The position numbers were made by a program, and so were the translations under genes. DNA of 64,000 bases. Origin: Hemiscyllium ocellatum. Taxonomy: Eukaryota. The stretch lies in NCBI RefSeq assembly GCF_020745735.1, contig NC_083402.1, forward strand, positions 7,626,001-7,690,000, in the 5' to 3' direction. Positions 1 through 12,340 of this stretch are shown in pieces. Under the pieces are notes generated by a model. That model made no database searches, was not told the origin of the DNA, and was given only the letters and a program-made list of their open reading frames with translations. Every line of letters begins with the position of its first letter. The stretch's first letter is position 1.

Positions 1-18
1 CCGAACATTGTTCCTCAC

Positions 19-405
19 CTTTCACTTCCAGGCTTGTTCCTTTTCCAGATCCAAATTTTCCGATATTGAGCTCCACACGACACCAATAGGAACCAGCATC
101 CTCCCGGCTCAGTCCCTCCATCATAACTGAGGCATCTTTTTTGGTGAGGTTCCCCACAAATCTGAATCGATTCCCACCATCCCGCTGTATCACATTCTCA
201 CACAGCTCACCCTGGGAATGGTCTGGACCAGGATATGTACAGTTCAAGATAAAAGCCCGTGTTTCCTCCTTGTACCATAAGATGGAGCCGGTGATTGTGA
301 GGTTAGTGTCAGGGTGGGTGAAGCTGCAGGGTAAGACAGCGGAGCCTCCTTCCTCAGCCCTCACTCCATCCGCGATTGTCATTGACCAACCATAAGCAGA
401 CAAAG
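19..405 (-). CDS. SIGLEC15-like: V-set Ig exon, Siglec-15-like, intact (called V4 here); gene continues left of the window
   Basis: 387 nt, phase 1-1, flanked by ctctcacag acceptor and G|gtgagg donor. Open frame LSAYGWSMTIADGVRAEEGGSAVLPCSFTHP...W...LNCTYPGPDHSQGELCENV...RFRFVGNLTKKDASVMMEGLSREDAGSYWCRVELNIGKFGSGKGTSLEVK. Matches recalled Siglec-15 motifs WSM, AVLPCxFTHP, ELC, RFRxxGN, YxCRVE. Absent from the ORF track, probably because the frame runs off the window edge. Confidence 0.85.
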
Positions 406-538
406 CTGTGAGAGGGGGGTGGAGAGAGATGGAGAGGATATGAACACAGCACAGACACCAAACAGTGAGGTAAAACACTGAATCTGTTGTACGATGAGAA
501 CATATATAACACTGTTCAGTCGTGGTTTATAAACTAAC

Positions 539-731
539 CTGTCACAGTGTGGAATGAGCTACAGGCTGGAGCACAACAGGAGGCTTCAGGGGGTTTGTGG
601 TTCGACTGTGGGTGTTTGTTGCTGTTGGTTGATGAGAGTTTTTGGTGCCTGAGAGTTTCCAGGAGACCCAGAGTGATCTGAAGAGCAAAACTCAGGGCCC
701 TCCCTGCAGAACCTTTTCTATTTCCCATCAC
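539..731 (-). CDS. Possible alternative first exon for V4 (atypical leader)
   Basis: ATG frame MMGNRKGSAGRALSFALQITLGLL...SSFHTVT ends in phase 1 at ACAG|gttagt, 133 nt above the V4 acceptor. Not a classic signal peptide, and the donor is not conserved in the other two copies of this module. Confidence 0.25.
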
Positions 732-1261
732 CTTCTACTCTAGTACCGAGCCAGCCTTCAGCAACCTGGCTCATTCATCAGGCGTAGCAGAGGGATGGGG
801 TACACAGTGAAAGTATTGCAGAGGGTGAAGGTGATACACAGAGATATGAAGAAGGAGAACTGAAGTAAAAAAATAAATCAGTCATAATCCCAGAGAACTG
901 CTGTCTCATTAGAGAGAGGTGACTGATGGTGATTTAACCTGAGGGCCACTCTGCCTCAGACAAGGGGCACGGTTGAGAACATGAGACCCTTCATGGTCCC
1001 CACAGACAGTATGGGAATTAAACCCGCATTGTTGGCATTACTCCAAATCGCAAACCAACTGTCCAGCCAACCAAGCTAACTGATCCAACAGATGATCCAA
1101 GGAAATCCAGAAGGCAGTGTGAATATCATCAAGGGAGGGCATAAGGGAGTGTGGCATGGCTGGATGGCATTTACTTGCGAGTAAGGCAGATGAGCTGAGG
1201 GTGTAGATTAACACATTGGTATGTGATTTAGTTGGTATTGCAGGGATGTAGTTGAGGGTGG

Positions 1262-4200
1262 GTATAAACAGATAAAAACAGATGCTGGAAACCAGAGTCG
1301 AGATTAGAGTGGTGCTGGAAAAGCACAGCAGGTCAGGCAGCATCCAAGGAGCAGGAAAATCAATGTTTCGTGCAAAAGTACTTCATCAGGAATCGAGGCA
1401 GGGTGCCTGCAGAGTGGAGAGACAAATGAGAGGGAGGTGGGGGTGGGGAGAAGGTAGCATCTCGTTCAATAAAGGAATGGGGGTGGGGATGGAGGTGATA
1501 GGTCAGAGAGGAGGGTGGGGGAAGGTAGCAAAGAGTACAATGGGTGAATGGGGGGGTGGAGAAGAAGGTGATTGGTCAGAGAGGAGGGTGGAGTGGATAG
1601 GTGGAAAGGAAGATTAGCAGATAGGACAATTCATGAGGGCGGTGCTGAGCTGGAAGGTTGGAGCTAGGGTGAGGTGGGGGAAGGGGAAATGAGGAAACTG
1701 GTGAACTCCACATTGATGTCATGGGGTTGAAGTGTTCTGAGGCGGAAGATGAGGCGTTTTTCCTGTGAGGGTGCGGCAGTGGAGGAGGCCCAGGACCTGC
1801 ATGTCCTTAGCAGAGTGGGAGGGGGAGTTGAAATTTTGGGCCGCAGGGCAGTGGGGTTGATTGGTATGGGTGTCCCGGAGATGTTCCCTGAAGTGCTGTA
1901 CTAGGAGCGTCCAGTCTCCCCAATGTAGAGGACACTGCATCGGGAGCAACGGATTCAATAAATGATATTGCTGGATGTGCAGGTAAATCTTTGATGGATG
2001 TGAAAGGCTCCTTTAGGGTGGGGCAAGATTGACAGCAGAGGTGTCAATGTGTTGCTGGAAAAGCACAGCAGGTCAGGCAGCATCCAAGGAGCAGGAGAAT
2101 CGACGTTTCGGTCATGAGCCCTTCTCCAGAAATGAGGAGAGTGCGCCAAACAGGCTAAGATAAAAGGTAGGGAGGAAGGACTTGGGGGAGAGGCGTTGGA
2201 AGTGCAATAGGTGGAAGGAGGTTAAGGTGAGGTTGATAGGTTGGAGTGGGAGTGAGGGTGGAGAGGTCAGGAATAAGATTGCAGGTTAGGAAGGTGGTGC
2301 TGAGTTCGAGGGTTGGGACTGATTTAAGGTGGGGGAGGGGTAATGAGGAAACTGGAGAAATCTGAGTTTATCCCTTGTGGTTGGAGGGTTCCAAGGCGGA
2401 AGATGAGGCGCTCTTCCTCCAGCCGTCGTGTTGCTGTGGTCTGGCGATGGAGAAGTCCAAGGACCTGCGTGTCCTTGGTGGAGTGGGAGTGGGAAGTGAA
2501 GTGTTGATCCACAGGGTGGTTGGGTTGGTTGATCTGGCAGTCCCAGAGGTGTTCTCTGAAATGTTCCACAATTAGGCGGCCTGTCTCCCCAAGAAAGAGG
2601 AGGCCACATCGGGTGCAGCGGATGCAGTAAATGGTGTGTGTGGAGGTGCAGGTGAATCTGTGGCAGATATGGAAGGAAATCTTGGGGCCTTAGAGGGAAG
2701 TAAGGGGGGAGGTGTGGGCGCAAATTTTGCATTTCTTGCGTTTGCAGGGGAAGGTACCGAGAGTGGAGGTTGGGGTGGTGGGGGATGTGGACCTGACAAG
2801 GGAGTCACTGAGGGAGTGGTCTTTTCGGAATGCTGATAGGGGAGGGCAGAGAAATATATTCCTGGTGGTGGGGTCCGTTTGGAGGTGGCGGAAATGACGA
2901 CGGATGATATGATGTTTATGGAGGTTGGTGGGGTGGTAGGTGAGGACCAGTAGGGTTCTGTCCTGGTCACGATTGGAGGGGCGGGGCTCAAGGACGAAGG
3001 AGCGGGAAGCGGAGGAGATGCAGCCGAGAGCATTGTCGGCCATGATTGGGGGAGAAATTGCGTTCTTTGAAGAAGGAGGCGATCTGGGTTGTTTGGTATT
3101 GGAACTGGTCCTCCTGGGAGCAGATGCAGCGGAGACGAAGGAATTGGAAATATGGGATGGCGTTTTTACAGGGGGCAGGGTGAGACGAGGTGTAGTCTAG
3201 GTAGATGTGGGAATCGGTCGGTTTATAGTTAATGTCCGTGTTGATTCAGTCTTCCAAGATAGAAATGGAGAGGTCGAGGAAGGGGAGGGAGGAGTCTGAG
3301 ATGGTCCAGATAAATTTGAGGTCGGGGTGGAAGGCGTTGGTAAAGTGGATGAACTGTTCAACCTTCCTCATGGGAGCACGAGGCAGCAACGATACAGTCA
3401 TCGTTGTAGCGGAGGAAAAGGTGGGGGATGGTGCCAGTGTAGCTGCGGAAGACGGACTGTTCCACATATCCCACGAAGAGGAAACCATAGCTGGGGCCCA
3501 TGCGGGAGCCCATGGCTACAACTTTGGTTTGGAGGAAGTGGGAGGATTGGAAAGAGAAGTTGTTCAGAGTGAGGACCAGTTCAGTCAGTCAAAGGAGGGT
3601 GTCAGTGGAAGGGTACTGGTTGGTACGGCGGGAAAGGAAGAAGCGGAGGGCCTTGAGGCCTTCGTGATGGGGGATGGAGGTGTACAGGGACTGGACGTCC
3701 ATAGTGAAGATAAGGCTTTGGGGACTGGGGAAGCTAAAATCACGGAGGAGGTGGAGGGCGTGGATGGTGTCCCAAACGTAGGTGGGGAGTTCTTGGACTA
3801 AGGGGGACAGAACTGTGTCGAGGCATGCGGAGATGAGTTCGGTGGGGCAGGATCAGGCTGAGACAATGGGTCGGCCAGGGGCAGTCAGGTTTGTGGATTT
3901 TGGGCAGGAGGAAGAAACGGGCGGTGCGGGGTTGTGGGACTATGAGGTTGGAGGTGGTGGATGGGAGATCCCCTGAGGTGATGAGGCTATGGATGGTCTG
4001 GGAGATGATGGTTTGGTGGTGGGAGGTGGGGTCATGGTCAAGGGGGCAGTAGGAGGAGGTATCCGCGAGCTGGCATTTAGCCTCAGCGGTGTAAAAGTCG
4101 GTGCGCCAAACTACTCCCGTGCCTCCCTTGTCTGCTGGTTTGATAGTGAGGTTGAGTTGGAGCGGAGGGAGTGGAAGGCTGCACATTCCAAGGGTGAGAG

Positions 4201-4640
4201 GTTGGAGTGGGTGAGAGGGGTGGAGAGGTTGAGGCGGTTAATGTTGCGGCGGCAGTTGGCAATGAAGAAATCGAGGGCGGGTAAGAGGCCAGCACAGGGT
4301 GTCCAGGTGGATGAGGTGTGTTGGAGGCGGGACAAGGGGACGTCAGAGGGTGGGCGAGAATCCTGTTTGAAGAAGTAGGCGTGGAGGTGAAGGCGGCGGA
4401 AGAATTGTCCGATGTCTCGCCGCGTGTTGAACTCGTTAATCCGAGAGCGTAGGGGAATGAAGGTGAGGCCTCTGCCGAGGACCATTCGTTCATCCTCAGA
4501 GAGGGGGCGGTCTGGAGGGATGGTGAAAACACGGCAGGGCTGGGAGCTAGGACCTGGTGTGGGGCTGGAGCTGGGAGTGGAGGTGGGGTTAGGCGTGGGG
4601 GCGGGAATCGGGGCGGATATTTCAGAAGGTGCAACACATT
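1262..4640 (-). mobile_element. Penelope-like retroelement (RT + GIY-YIG), degraded, with a partial tandem 3' duplicate
   Basis: Frameshifted ORF pieces: LTFIPLRSRINEFNTRRDI, IKPADKGGTGVVW, FLLPKIHKP, FTNAFHPDLKFIWTISDSSLPFLDLSI, GTFPCKRKKCKIC, EHFREHL..HFTSHSHS..LEEERLIFRLGTLQPQGIN. A second GIY-YIG/tail copy lies at about 1270-2010. Confidence 0.88.
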
Positions 4641-4644
4641 AAGC

Positions 4645-5735
4645 TCCTTAATGCGATTAAATTCTATGGTGCTGGTGGTAGTGTACGAACATGGATAGAG
4701 AATTGACCAACTGATAGAAAACAGAGAGTTGGGATAACACGGGAGTGATATTCAGCCTGCAAACTGTAATTAGTGGTGTATCACAGGATCTGAGATGGGG
4801 CCACATTTATGAGAATATACATTAATGATTTGGATGAGGTCAGTGAATGCACTGTAGCCAAGTTGCTGATGACAAAAATGTAGGTGAGAAGGCAAGTGAT
4901 GAGGATGAAATACAGAAGCTGCAGAGAGATGTCGACAGGTTAAATAAGTGGGAAAAACTTGGCAATTGGAATATAATGTGGAAAATGTAAGGTTATACAT
5001 TTGGCACAAAGAATAGAGGGGCTGAATATTAGTGAAACAGAGAAAGCCTGCAGAAAGTTCCAGAACAGAAGAATATGGAAGATTCACAAAAACATTCAGC
5101 AGAGAGTAGGGAAGGTCAATGGAATGCTGACCTTTATTTCAAATGGAATCGAATTTTAAAGTGGGGAGGTTTTACCAGACACTAGTTAGCTCACAGCTGG
5201 AATATTGTGGATAGGTTTGTTCCCTTATCAAAGGAAAGTGAAACTGGCATTGGAGGCAGTCCAGAGAAGATTCAATTAGTTGATGCCAGGTCGGGAGGGG
5301 CTGTCTTATGGGCAGCGTTTGACAAGATTGAGCCTGTGCTTGATGGATTACAGAAGAATGACAAGTGACCAAAGTGAGACATTAAAGATGCTTCGGGTGC
5401 TTGATAAGGTGGATGCAGCGTGGTTGTCCCCCTTGTCAGGAACAGAGGGCATCAGCTCAGAATGAGGGGTTACACATTTCAGATGAGAGGAATTTCTTCT
5501 CTAAGAGGGTAGTGAATCTCTGGACTACTTTACTACAGAGAGGAGGTCATGTTGGGTCATTAAGTATAGCCAAGGCTGAGATAGACAAATTTTTAATCAT
5601 TCACGGAATCAGGGATTGTGAAGATAAAGCAAGAATGGGGAATTGACGTTTATCATCTCAGTCATGATCTCATTGAATGTGGAACAGACTCAATGGGCTG
5701 AATGGCCTTCCTCTGTTCCTGTGTCTTATGGGCTA
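4645..5735 (+). mobile_element. CR1-clade LINE 3' fragment
   Basis: RT C-terminal motifs (gctgatgacaaaaatg, ALEAVQRRF-like coding) and a CR1 3' tail (gatctcattgaatg...gggctgaatggccttcctctgttcc). Confidence 0.75.
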
Positions 5736-6230
5736 CCTGCCTCAGTTCTCAACACCTCCATTTCTGAAACCTGTAAATCCCATTTGCTTTTCCAACCACA
5801 TTCTCAACATGTCCTGACATCTTCAAAAACCGATGCACTCTGACCCCCGACTTCCTTTATCCAGATCCATCCTTGAGATCCCTGTCATTGACTCCATATT
5901 GCCCATAGGGAACATGGAACCAGGTGGATCTTGGAGCTTGCATCCTTGGTGATGTTTTCTCTGGTCCCTACCTCAGAACACTGAAGCCAGTTTGAACACA
6001 ACAAATTAGGGAGTTGTTGGGAGACTGTGGGAAGTTTCAGACAGTGGTGGAATGGTCCATAATCCCAGCCTCATCTCTCTCTCTCTCTCTCTCTCCTTCT
6101 CACTGTCTCCTGCCTGAGACCAACTGAAAGAGCCCAAGAGAAGGAGCCAACCCGAGTTCTCCGGGCCCAGGTAGACCCTGTTCTCGTTGAGCTATCGGGG
6201 CAGTGACACCATCCAAACATTGTTCCTTTC

Positions 6231-6605
6231 CTTCAACTTCCAGCTTTGTTGGAGACTTTGTTTGAAAACTATCAATATTGAGTTCCACACGATAGGGACC
6301 AGCATCCTCCTGGCTCAGTCCCTCCATCATTACTGAGGCATCTTTGTTGGTGAGACTCCCCACGAATCTGAATCGATTCCCACCGTCCCGCTGTCTCACA
6401 TTCTCACATAGCTCACCCTGGGAATGGTCTGGACCAGGATATGTACAGGTAAAGATAAAAGCCCGTGTTTCCTCCTTGTACCATAAGATGGAGCCGGTGA
6501 GTGTGAGGTTAGTGTCATGGTGGGTGAAGCTGCAGGGTAAGACAGCGGAGCCTCCTTCCTCAGCCCTCACTCCATCCACGATTGTCATTGCCCAATCAAG
6601 GGCCA
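6231..6605 (-). pseudogene. Siglec-15-like V exon, disabled copy (V3)
   Basis: Near-identical to the V1/V4 core. The donor is G|ga instead of G|gt (6230-6229), a 6-nt deletion turns YxCRVE into YRVE (F-strand Cys lost), and the acceptor region is replaced by CR1 sequence from about 6612. Confidence 0.82.
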
Positions 6606-6611
6606 ACCAAG

Positions 6612-7540
6612 GATAGTAGTGGGAAGTTGTGTGTGGAGTCAGAGGCGACAGGGGAAGCACTAAACGAATATTTTTCAACAGTATTCACTCTCGAAAACGA
6701 CAATGTTGTCAAGGAGAATACTGAGATACAGGCTACTAGACTAGGTGGGATTGAGGTTCACAAGGAAGAGGTATTAGAAACCCTGCAGAGCGCGAAAATA
6801 GATAAGTCTCCTTTTAAAAGAATAATTGTTGTAGGTGATTCTCCTGTCAAGGGCACAGACAGGAGACTCTGCAGCAGTGAGCATGAATCTTGGATATTAT
6901 ACTGTTTTCTTGGTGCTAGGATTAAGGACACTGCAAAATGTTTGACACATACTGTTCAAGGGAAGAGTGAGATACTGGAAGTTTTTGTACATATTGATGG
7001 GAATGACATGGTTAGGGAAAGAATAAAGGCTTTACAAAGTGAATATCAGAGGTTAGGTCGAAAATTTAAAAAACAGACCCTCAAAAGTACTAATCTCTAA
7101 TTTACTCCCAGACTCGAACTCAAATGAGGGAACAAAAGGAGAAAGGAGACAAATCAATGGCTGAAGAGGTGGTGTAATGTTCAGGGATTCAGATTCTTGG
7201 ATCACTGCGATCTCTTCTGAGGCAGAAAAGACCATTCACAAAGGATGGTTTCAACTGTACTGCTTTCGGGAACAATGTGTGAATAAAGAGATGGAGGTTC
7301 CAGTCAGGGATAAAAAAGGATCATATACTAAATACAAACAACTGGATCCAATTGGATCTCTTGCACCATATAATGAGTGTCGGGGCATTCATAAGAGAGA
7401 GTTCTGGAAATCAAAGAAAAAATATGGGATAGGCTCAGCAAATAAGGTTAAGGATAATCCAAAGGGATTCTATAAGTACATTAAGACCAAGACAGCAACA
7501 AGAGATAGAGTGTAAGCCTCCTTAAAAAGCAAAGAGGTTG
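6612..7540 (+). mobile_element. CR1 LINE fragments (ORF2 piece, ORF1 SGNH-esterase piece, ORF2 piece)
   Basis: CVESEATGEALNEYFSTVFT...IDKSP, then IIVVGDSPVKGTDRRLC...GARIKD...VHIDGND, then KDNPKGFYKYIK. Confidence 0.8.
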
Positions 7541-7568
7541 TCTTTGTGTTTTAGATTCCCTACAATGT

Positions 7569-8140
7569 GGGGGCATGGTTGCACAGTGGTTAGCACTGCT
7601 GCCTCACAGCGCCACAGACCTGGGTTCAATTCTACGCCTCATTTTGGAGTTTGCACATTCTCCCCGTGTCTGCGTGGGTCTCCTCTGGGTGCTCCAGTTT
7701 CCTCCCACAGTCCACAAAATGTGCACATTTGGTGAATTGGCTAAGCTAAAATTGACCGTAGTGTTATGTGAAGGGGTAAATGTACGTGAATGGGTCTGGG
7801 TGAGTTGCGCTTCGGCGGGTCAGTGTGGACTTGTTGGGCCTAAGGGCCTGTTTCCACACTGTAACTAATCTAATCTAATCTAATGTGGAAACAGGCCCTT
7901 CGGCCCAACAAGTCCACACCGACCTTCGAAAGAGTAACCCACCCAGACCCATTTCCATTGACTAATACACCTAATACTATGGGCAACGTAGCATGGCCAA
8001 TTCACCTAACCTGTACATCTTTGGACTGTGGGAGGAAACCCTCACCACACAGGGAGAACATGCAAACTCCAGCTGCCTGAGGCTGGAATTGAACTCAGGT
8101 CCCCGGTGCCAGTGCTAACCACTGAGCCATCATGCCACCA
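7569..8140. mobile_element. Two HE1-type tRNA-derived V-SINEs, tail-to-tail (+ about 7569-7884, - about 7884-8140)
   Basis: tRNA-like head (gcacagtggttagcactgctgcctcacagcgcc...gggttcaattc), central domain ttctccccgtgtctgcgtggg...cctcccacagtcc, tail gggcctgtttccacactgtaa(tcta)n. Confidence 0.9.
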
Positions 8141-8144
8141 CTCA

Positions 8145-10160
8145 GGAGATGGGAGAGATATCAAATGAATATTTTGTGTCAGTTTTTACTGTGGAGAAAC
8201 AAGTGGAGGTGAGAGAACTCTGAGAAATAAATATTAACATTTTGAAAACAGCGTGCAGTACAGAAGAGGAATTGTTAGAGATCTTCGAAAATATAAATAT
8301 AAATCTCTGAGACGTGATCTACTCAATCCCAGGACTTTGTCAGAAGTGAAGAGGAAATTGCTGGGCCCCCTGCAGGAACATTTGTATCGTCCATGAATAA
8401 CAGTCAGGTGCTGAATGACTGGAGAGTGGCTAATATTCAAGAAGGGATGTCAGGAGAAGCCTGGGAACTTCAGACCTGTGAGTCTGACTTCAGTGGTGAG
8501 TAAGTTGTTCCAAAATTTTGGATTTATATGCATTTGGAGAGGCAAGGAATGATTTGGGATAGTCAGCATGGTTTTGTGCAAGGGATATTGTGTCTCAGAA
8601 ACTCGATTGAGTTTTTTGAAGAAGTAAACAAGAAAATTGATGAGGGCAGAGGGGTTAACATTGTTTACTTAGACTTTGGTTAATCCTTTGACAAGGTTCC
8701 GCATGGTAGACTAATTAGTGAAGTTAGATCCCATGGGATTCCGGGTGAGCTTGGCAAGTGGATGCACAATTGGCTGAAAGGCAGAAGACAGAGAGTGACG
8801 GTGGAGGGAGGGTTTTGTTCTGGAGGCCTGTGACCAGCAGGGTTCCACGGGGATCAGGGCTGGGCCCACTTTTGTCACTGATTTATATGAACAATTTCGA
8901 TGAGATTACAAAAAGCATGTTTTGCAAGTTTGTGGTTGATCCCAAAATTGATGGAATATTGAACAGTGAAGAAGGTTATCTTAGAATACAAAAAGATCTT
9001 TATCAAATGGCTCAATGGGCTGAAGAGTGACAGATAGAGTTGAAGATAAGTGTGAGGTATTGCATTTTGGAAAAACAAACAAAGGGAAGACTTACACAAT
9101 TAAAAGTAGGGCCTTGGGTCGTGCTGTAGAACAGAGACCTAGGGATTCAGGTACAGAATTCTTCCAAGTTTGCATCATCTATATATACGGTGGTTCAGCA
9201 CACTTGCCTTCATTGCTCAGACCTTTGATTATCGGAGTTGGTATATTATGTTCAGGTTAGACAGGATGCTGGTGAGGCCTCTGTTGTGTCCAGTTCTGGT
9301 CACCCTGTTATTACAAGGATATCATTTAGCTGGAGAGGGTTCAGAAGAGATTTACCAGGAAGTTGCCGAGAAAGTAGGCCTTGAGTTACCGGAAGAGACT
9401 GGAGCGACTGGGACATTTCTCACTGGAGTGTACTAGGTTGAGAGGTGACCTTATCAAGATCGATGAAAGCATGAGGAATATAGATAAGGTGAATGGCAGG
9501 TGTCTTTTTGCTCAGGTGGGAGATTTCAAGACTGGGGCATATCTTTAAGGTGAGAGGAGAAAGATTTTAAAAAGACATAAGGAAGGAGGCTGAGGGGTGA
9601 CCTGATAGAGGTTTACAAAATTACGGGAGGGGCATGGATAGGATAAATAGGCAAAATCTTTTCCCTGGGGTTGGGAAGTCCAGAACGAGAGGGCAGAGGT
9701 TTAGGGTGAGAGGGGAAAGATAGCAAACAGACCTAAGGGGCAACGTTTTCACGCAGAAGGTGGTACGTGTATGGAATGAGCTGCCAGAGGAAGTGGTGGA
9801 GGCTGGTACAATTGCAACATTTAAGTGGCATTTGTATGGGTATATGAATAGGAAGGATTTGAAGGGATATGGCCTGGGTGCTGGCAGGTGGAACGAGATT
9901 GGGTTGGGATATCTGGTCGGCATGGACGAGTTGGACCAGCGGGTCTGTTTCCAAGCTGTACATCTCTATGACTCTATGCCTCTAAGGGGCAGTTTTTATT
10001 TTGCACAGAGAGTGGTTCATGTGGAATGAACTTCCAGAGGAAATGGTGGATGAAAAAGAAATGTTTGGAGGGATATGTACAAAGCGCAGGTAGGTGGGTC
10101 TACTTTAGTTTGGGATTATGGTCAATATGGACTAGTTGAACTGAAGGGTCTGCTCCTGTG
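8145..10160 (+). mobile_element. CR1/HER1-like LINE RT and 3' fragments (several nested 3' ends)
   Basis: Degraded RT motifs (LDFSKAFDKVPH-like, SGVPQGSVLGP-like, KCEVLHFG) and repeated 3' ends (RGQRFRVRGE..DLRG). Confidence 0.85.
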
Positions 10161-10795
10161 CTGTATGACTCTATAACTGATTATAGCTGCGGAAAGGTTG
10201 GTATAGATGCTGAAGATGGGGAGGGGGGAGGAGGCAGGAGTAAACACTCAGTGGGAAGGGACCCCAGACAGAGAGAAAAACAATTGGACAGACAAACGAA
10301 AGGGGAAAGGTCGGCCTGGGAGAGTGAACAGCTGCTGATGGGGACCATTCGTCACTGACAATGGATTGTTTTGGTAGTAGCCCATGTGATGACAAGGCCT
10401 GGTGTGTGGGGGTTGGGGAAGGAGGTAGGAGAAGGTGCTGAGGCCCTAAAATTATTCACCTCAATATTGAGTCCAGAAGGTCACTGGGTCCCCAAAAAGT
10501 GGTGTGTGGAAATGGCAGGCAACTGGCTGCTGAGAATCATTTTTGTGGGCAGAACATTTCTGTTCTGCAAAGTAATCATCCAGTCTGTGTTTTGCTTTCC
10601 CAATACAGAGTTAGAAGTGGACTGTGCAGAGTTGGTGGATTATTAGCAGCCCTGAGCCTGCGTGAGGTGGTGCTGATGGAGAGAGAGGGCTCAATATTGT
10701 GCATATGGCAACACATGACACTGAGTGTGAATGGCAGATTTCATTCTCTAAATCAAGTCGCCATATTCCTACCAGACCATGGGCTGCTTTCTCTT

Positions 10796-10827
<32 letters not shown>

Positions 10828-11776
10828 TAGAGACAGTGAGAGACAGAGAGAGAGAGAGAGACAACTGGTGGTGGTTTAACCTGAGGGCCACCACACCTCA
10901 GTGAGGGGAGAGTTGAGAAGGAGGGTGCTTCATGGTCACCTGAGTCAATGTGGGGATTGAGCCCACACTGTTGGCATCACACTGCTTTGCAAACCAACCG
11001 TCCAGCTAACTAACCAAAGCCCAGATTCCCTAAAGTGTATGATTGAATCAGATCGGCTTTTCCAAATCTCAACAATGGGCACATGTAACCATTAGGTTAG
11101 CTTTTTTTTCAAATTCCAGATTTTAAAACAAATCACCTTCTACTGTGGTGGGATTTGAACCCATGGCCCGAGGATTGGGTGTCTGGATTAGTCACCCAGT
11201 GACATAACAGTAACAGTAACAGTATACCACCAACTCCTGTTATCACCCATGTGTGAATGCAGGGCTAGGATAGGTCCCACGTGGCTGTGATGCCTCACAC
11301 AGTCAGATGGACACTGGGGGAACGTACTTGCATTGATGGAACTATTCCTGATGAAGGTTGGAACCAAGAGGGACACATTAGTCTGTAGCACCTTCCTGTT
11401 CAAGGAGATGATCTTAATGCCAGTATAAGTTTGGGTCATTTGGAGATTGAACTAAATATTCTGAGTGTGTCAATGTCTTTCAATACTGACATCAGAGTGC
11501 ACCTAAAAATATCAGCACATCATAGTACTTTAAATATTGAAAAAAATTAAATTTGAAACCAAAAGCTAAAATACTACAGATGCTGGACATTTTAAATAAA
11601 CATCAAAATGCTGCAAACACTCAGCAGGGCAGACAATACCGATGGAGAGAAACAGGGTTAATGTTTTAGTTCCATGTCTTTTCACCAGAAAATCAAATCA
11701 CAAAACATTCACAGAATCTGTTCCACTCTCACTGTGCACCTTCTACAGGCTGAAGAATGTGGGAACGGTTTCTTAC

Positions 11777-12124
11777 CATGTACCTGCAGCCGAGTCTCTT
11801 TCTGGATCAGATACAAAAGATTGCGTCTTGATCTGTATTCCACCAGACAAAGGTAAGTGTGATTGTCCCTCACTCTCAGCTGGTTTATCCTGGTCGAGGC
11901 GTTTCCCTCCTCTGGGTTCCCGATGAGCTCGTACCGATTTCCACCGTGTCCAGTTGTCCAATTTCCCTGTGATTGGGCTGTAAATGTAACGATGTGTTGG
12001 TAAGGCTCCTTCCTCATCCAGGTAACATTGGTCAGTACGTGGGAGTCCCAGCGCCTGAAGATACAGGGTAAAGTGACTGAATCTCCCTCTGTCCCACTCA
12101 CCACTGAGACATTTTCCTGAGAAG
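11777..12124 (-). CDS. Divergent V-set Ig exon (V2), Siglec-like fold without the sialic-acid-binding Arg
   Basis: 348 nt, phase 1-1, tttgtcctttcctcag acceptor and G|gtaaga donor. Reads SQENVSVVSGTEGDSVTLPCIF...VTWMRK...NRYELIGNPEEGNASTRINQLRVRDNHTYLCLVEY...ETRLQVH, with canonical C/W/DxxxYxC. Confidence 0.85.
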
Positions 12125-12340
12125 CTGAGGAAAGGACAAACATCAGGATGGGTGAGGTCAGTGTGCAGAAGTTCTTATTTCAATATGTTATATTCCTTTC
12201 AACTTCACAATAAAATTAACAATTAAAGACTCCACTCACATCTCTAACAGGTCTGTCCTAGACATTCCCCAACAAGAGTCATCCTGATCAAAATGTCTCC
12301 TCGCCACTCAATTTGAAAACCTTGATTACAAGATTAAAAA

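Noticed and set aside
543-840. cacagtg heptamers near V4 as RAG recombination signals
   Set aside because: No acaaaaacc-like nonamer at 12 or 23 nt spacing, and the V exons already contain their G strand and splice donor, so there is no sign of V(D)J rearrangement.
12230-12300. gtgagt donor upstream of V2 as a leader exon
   Set aside because: The phase-1 frame contains a stop, and the ATG frame ends in phase 2, incompatible with V2.
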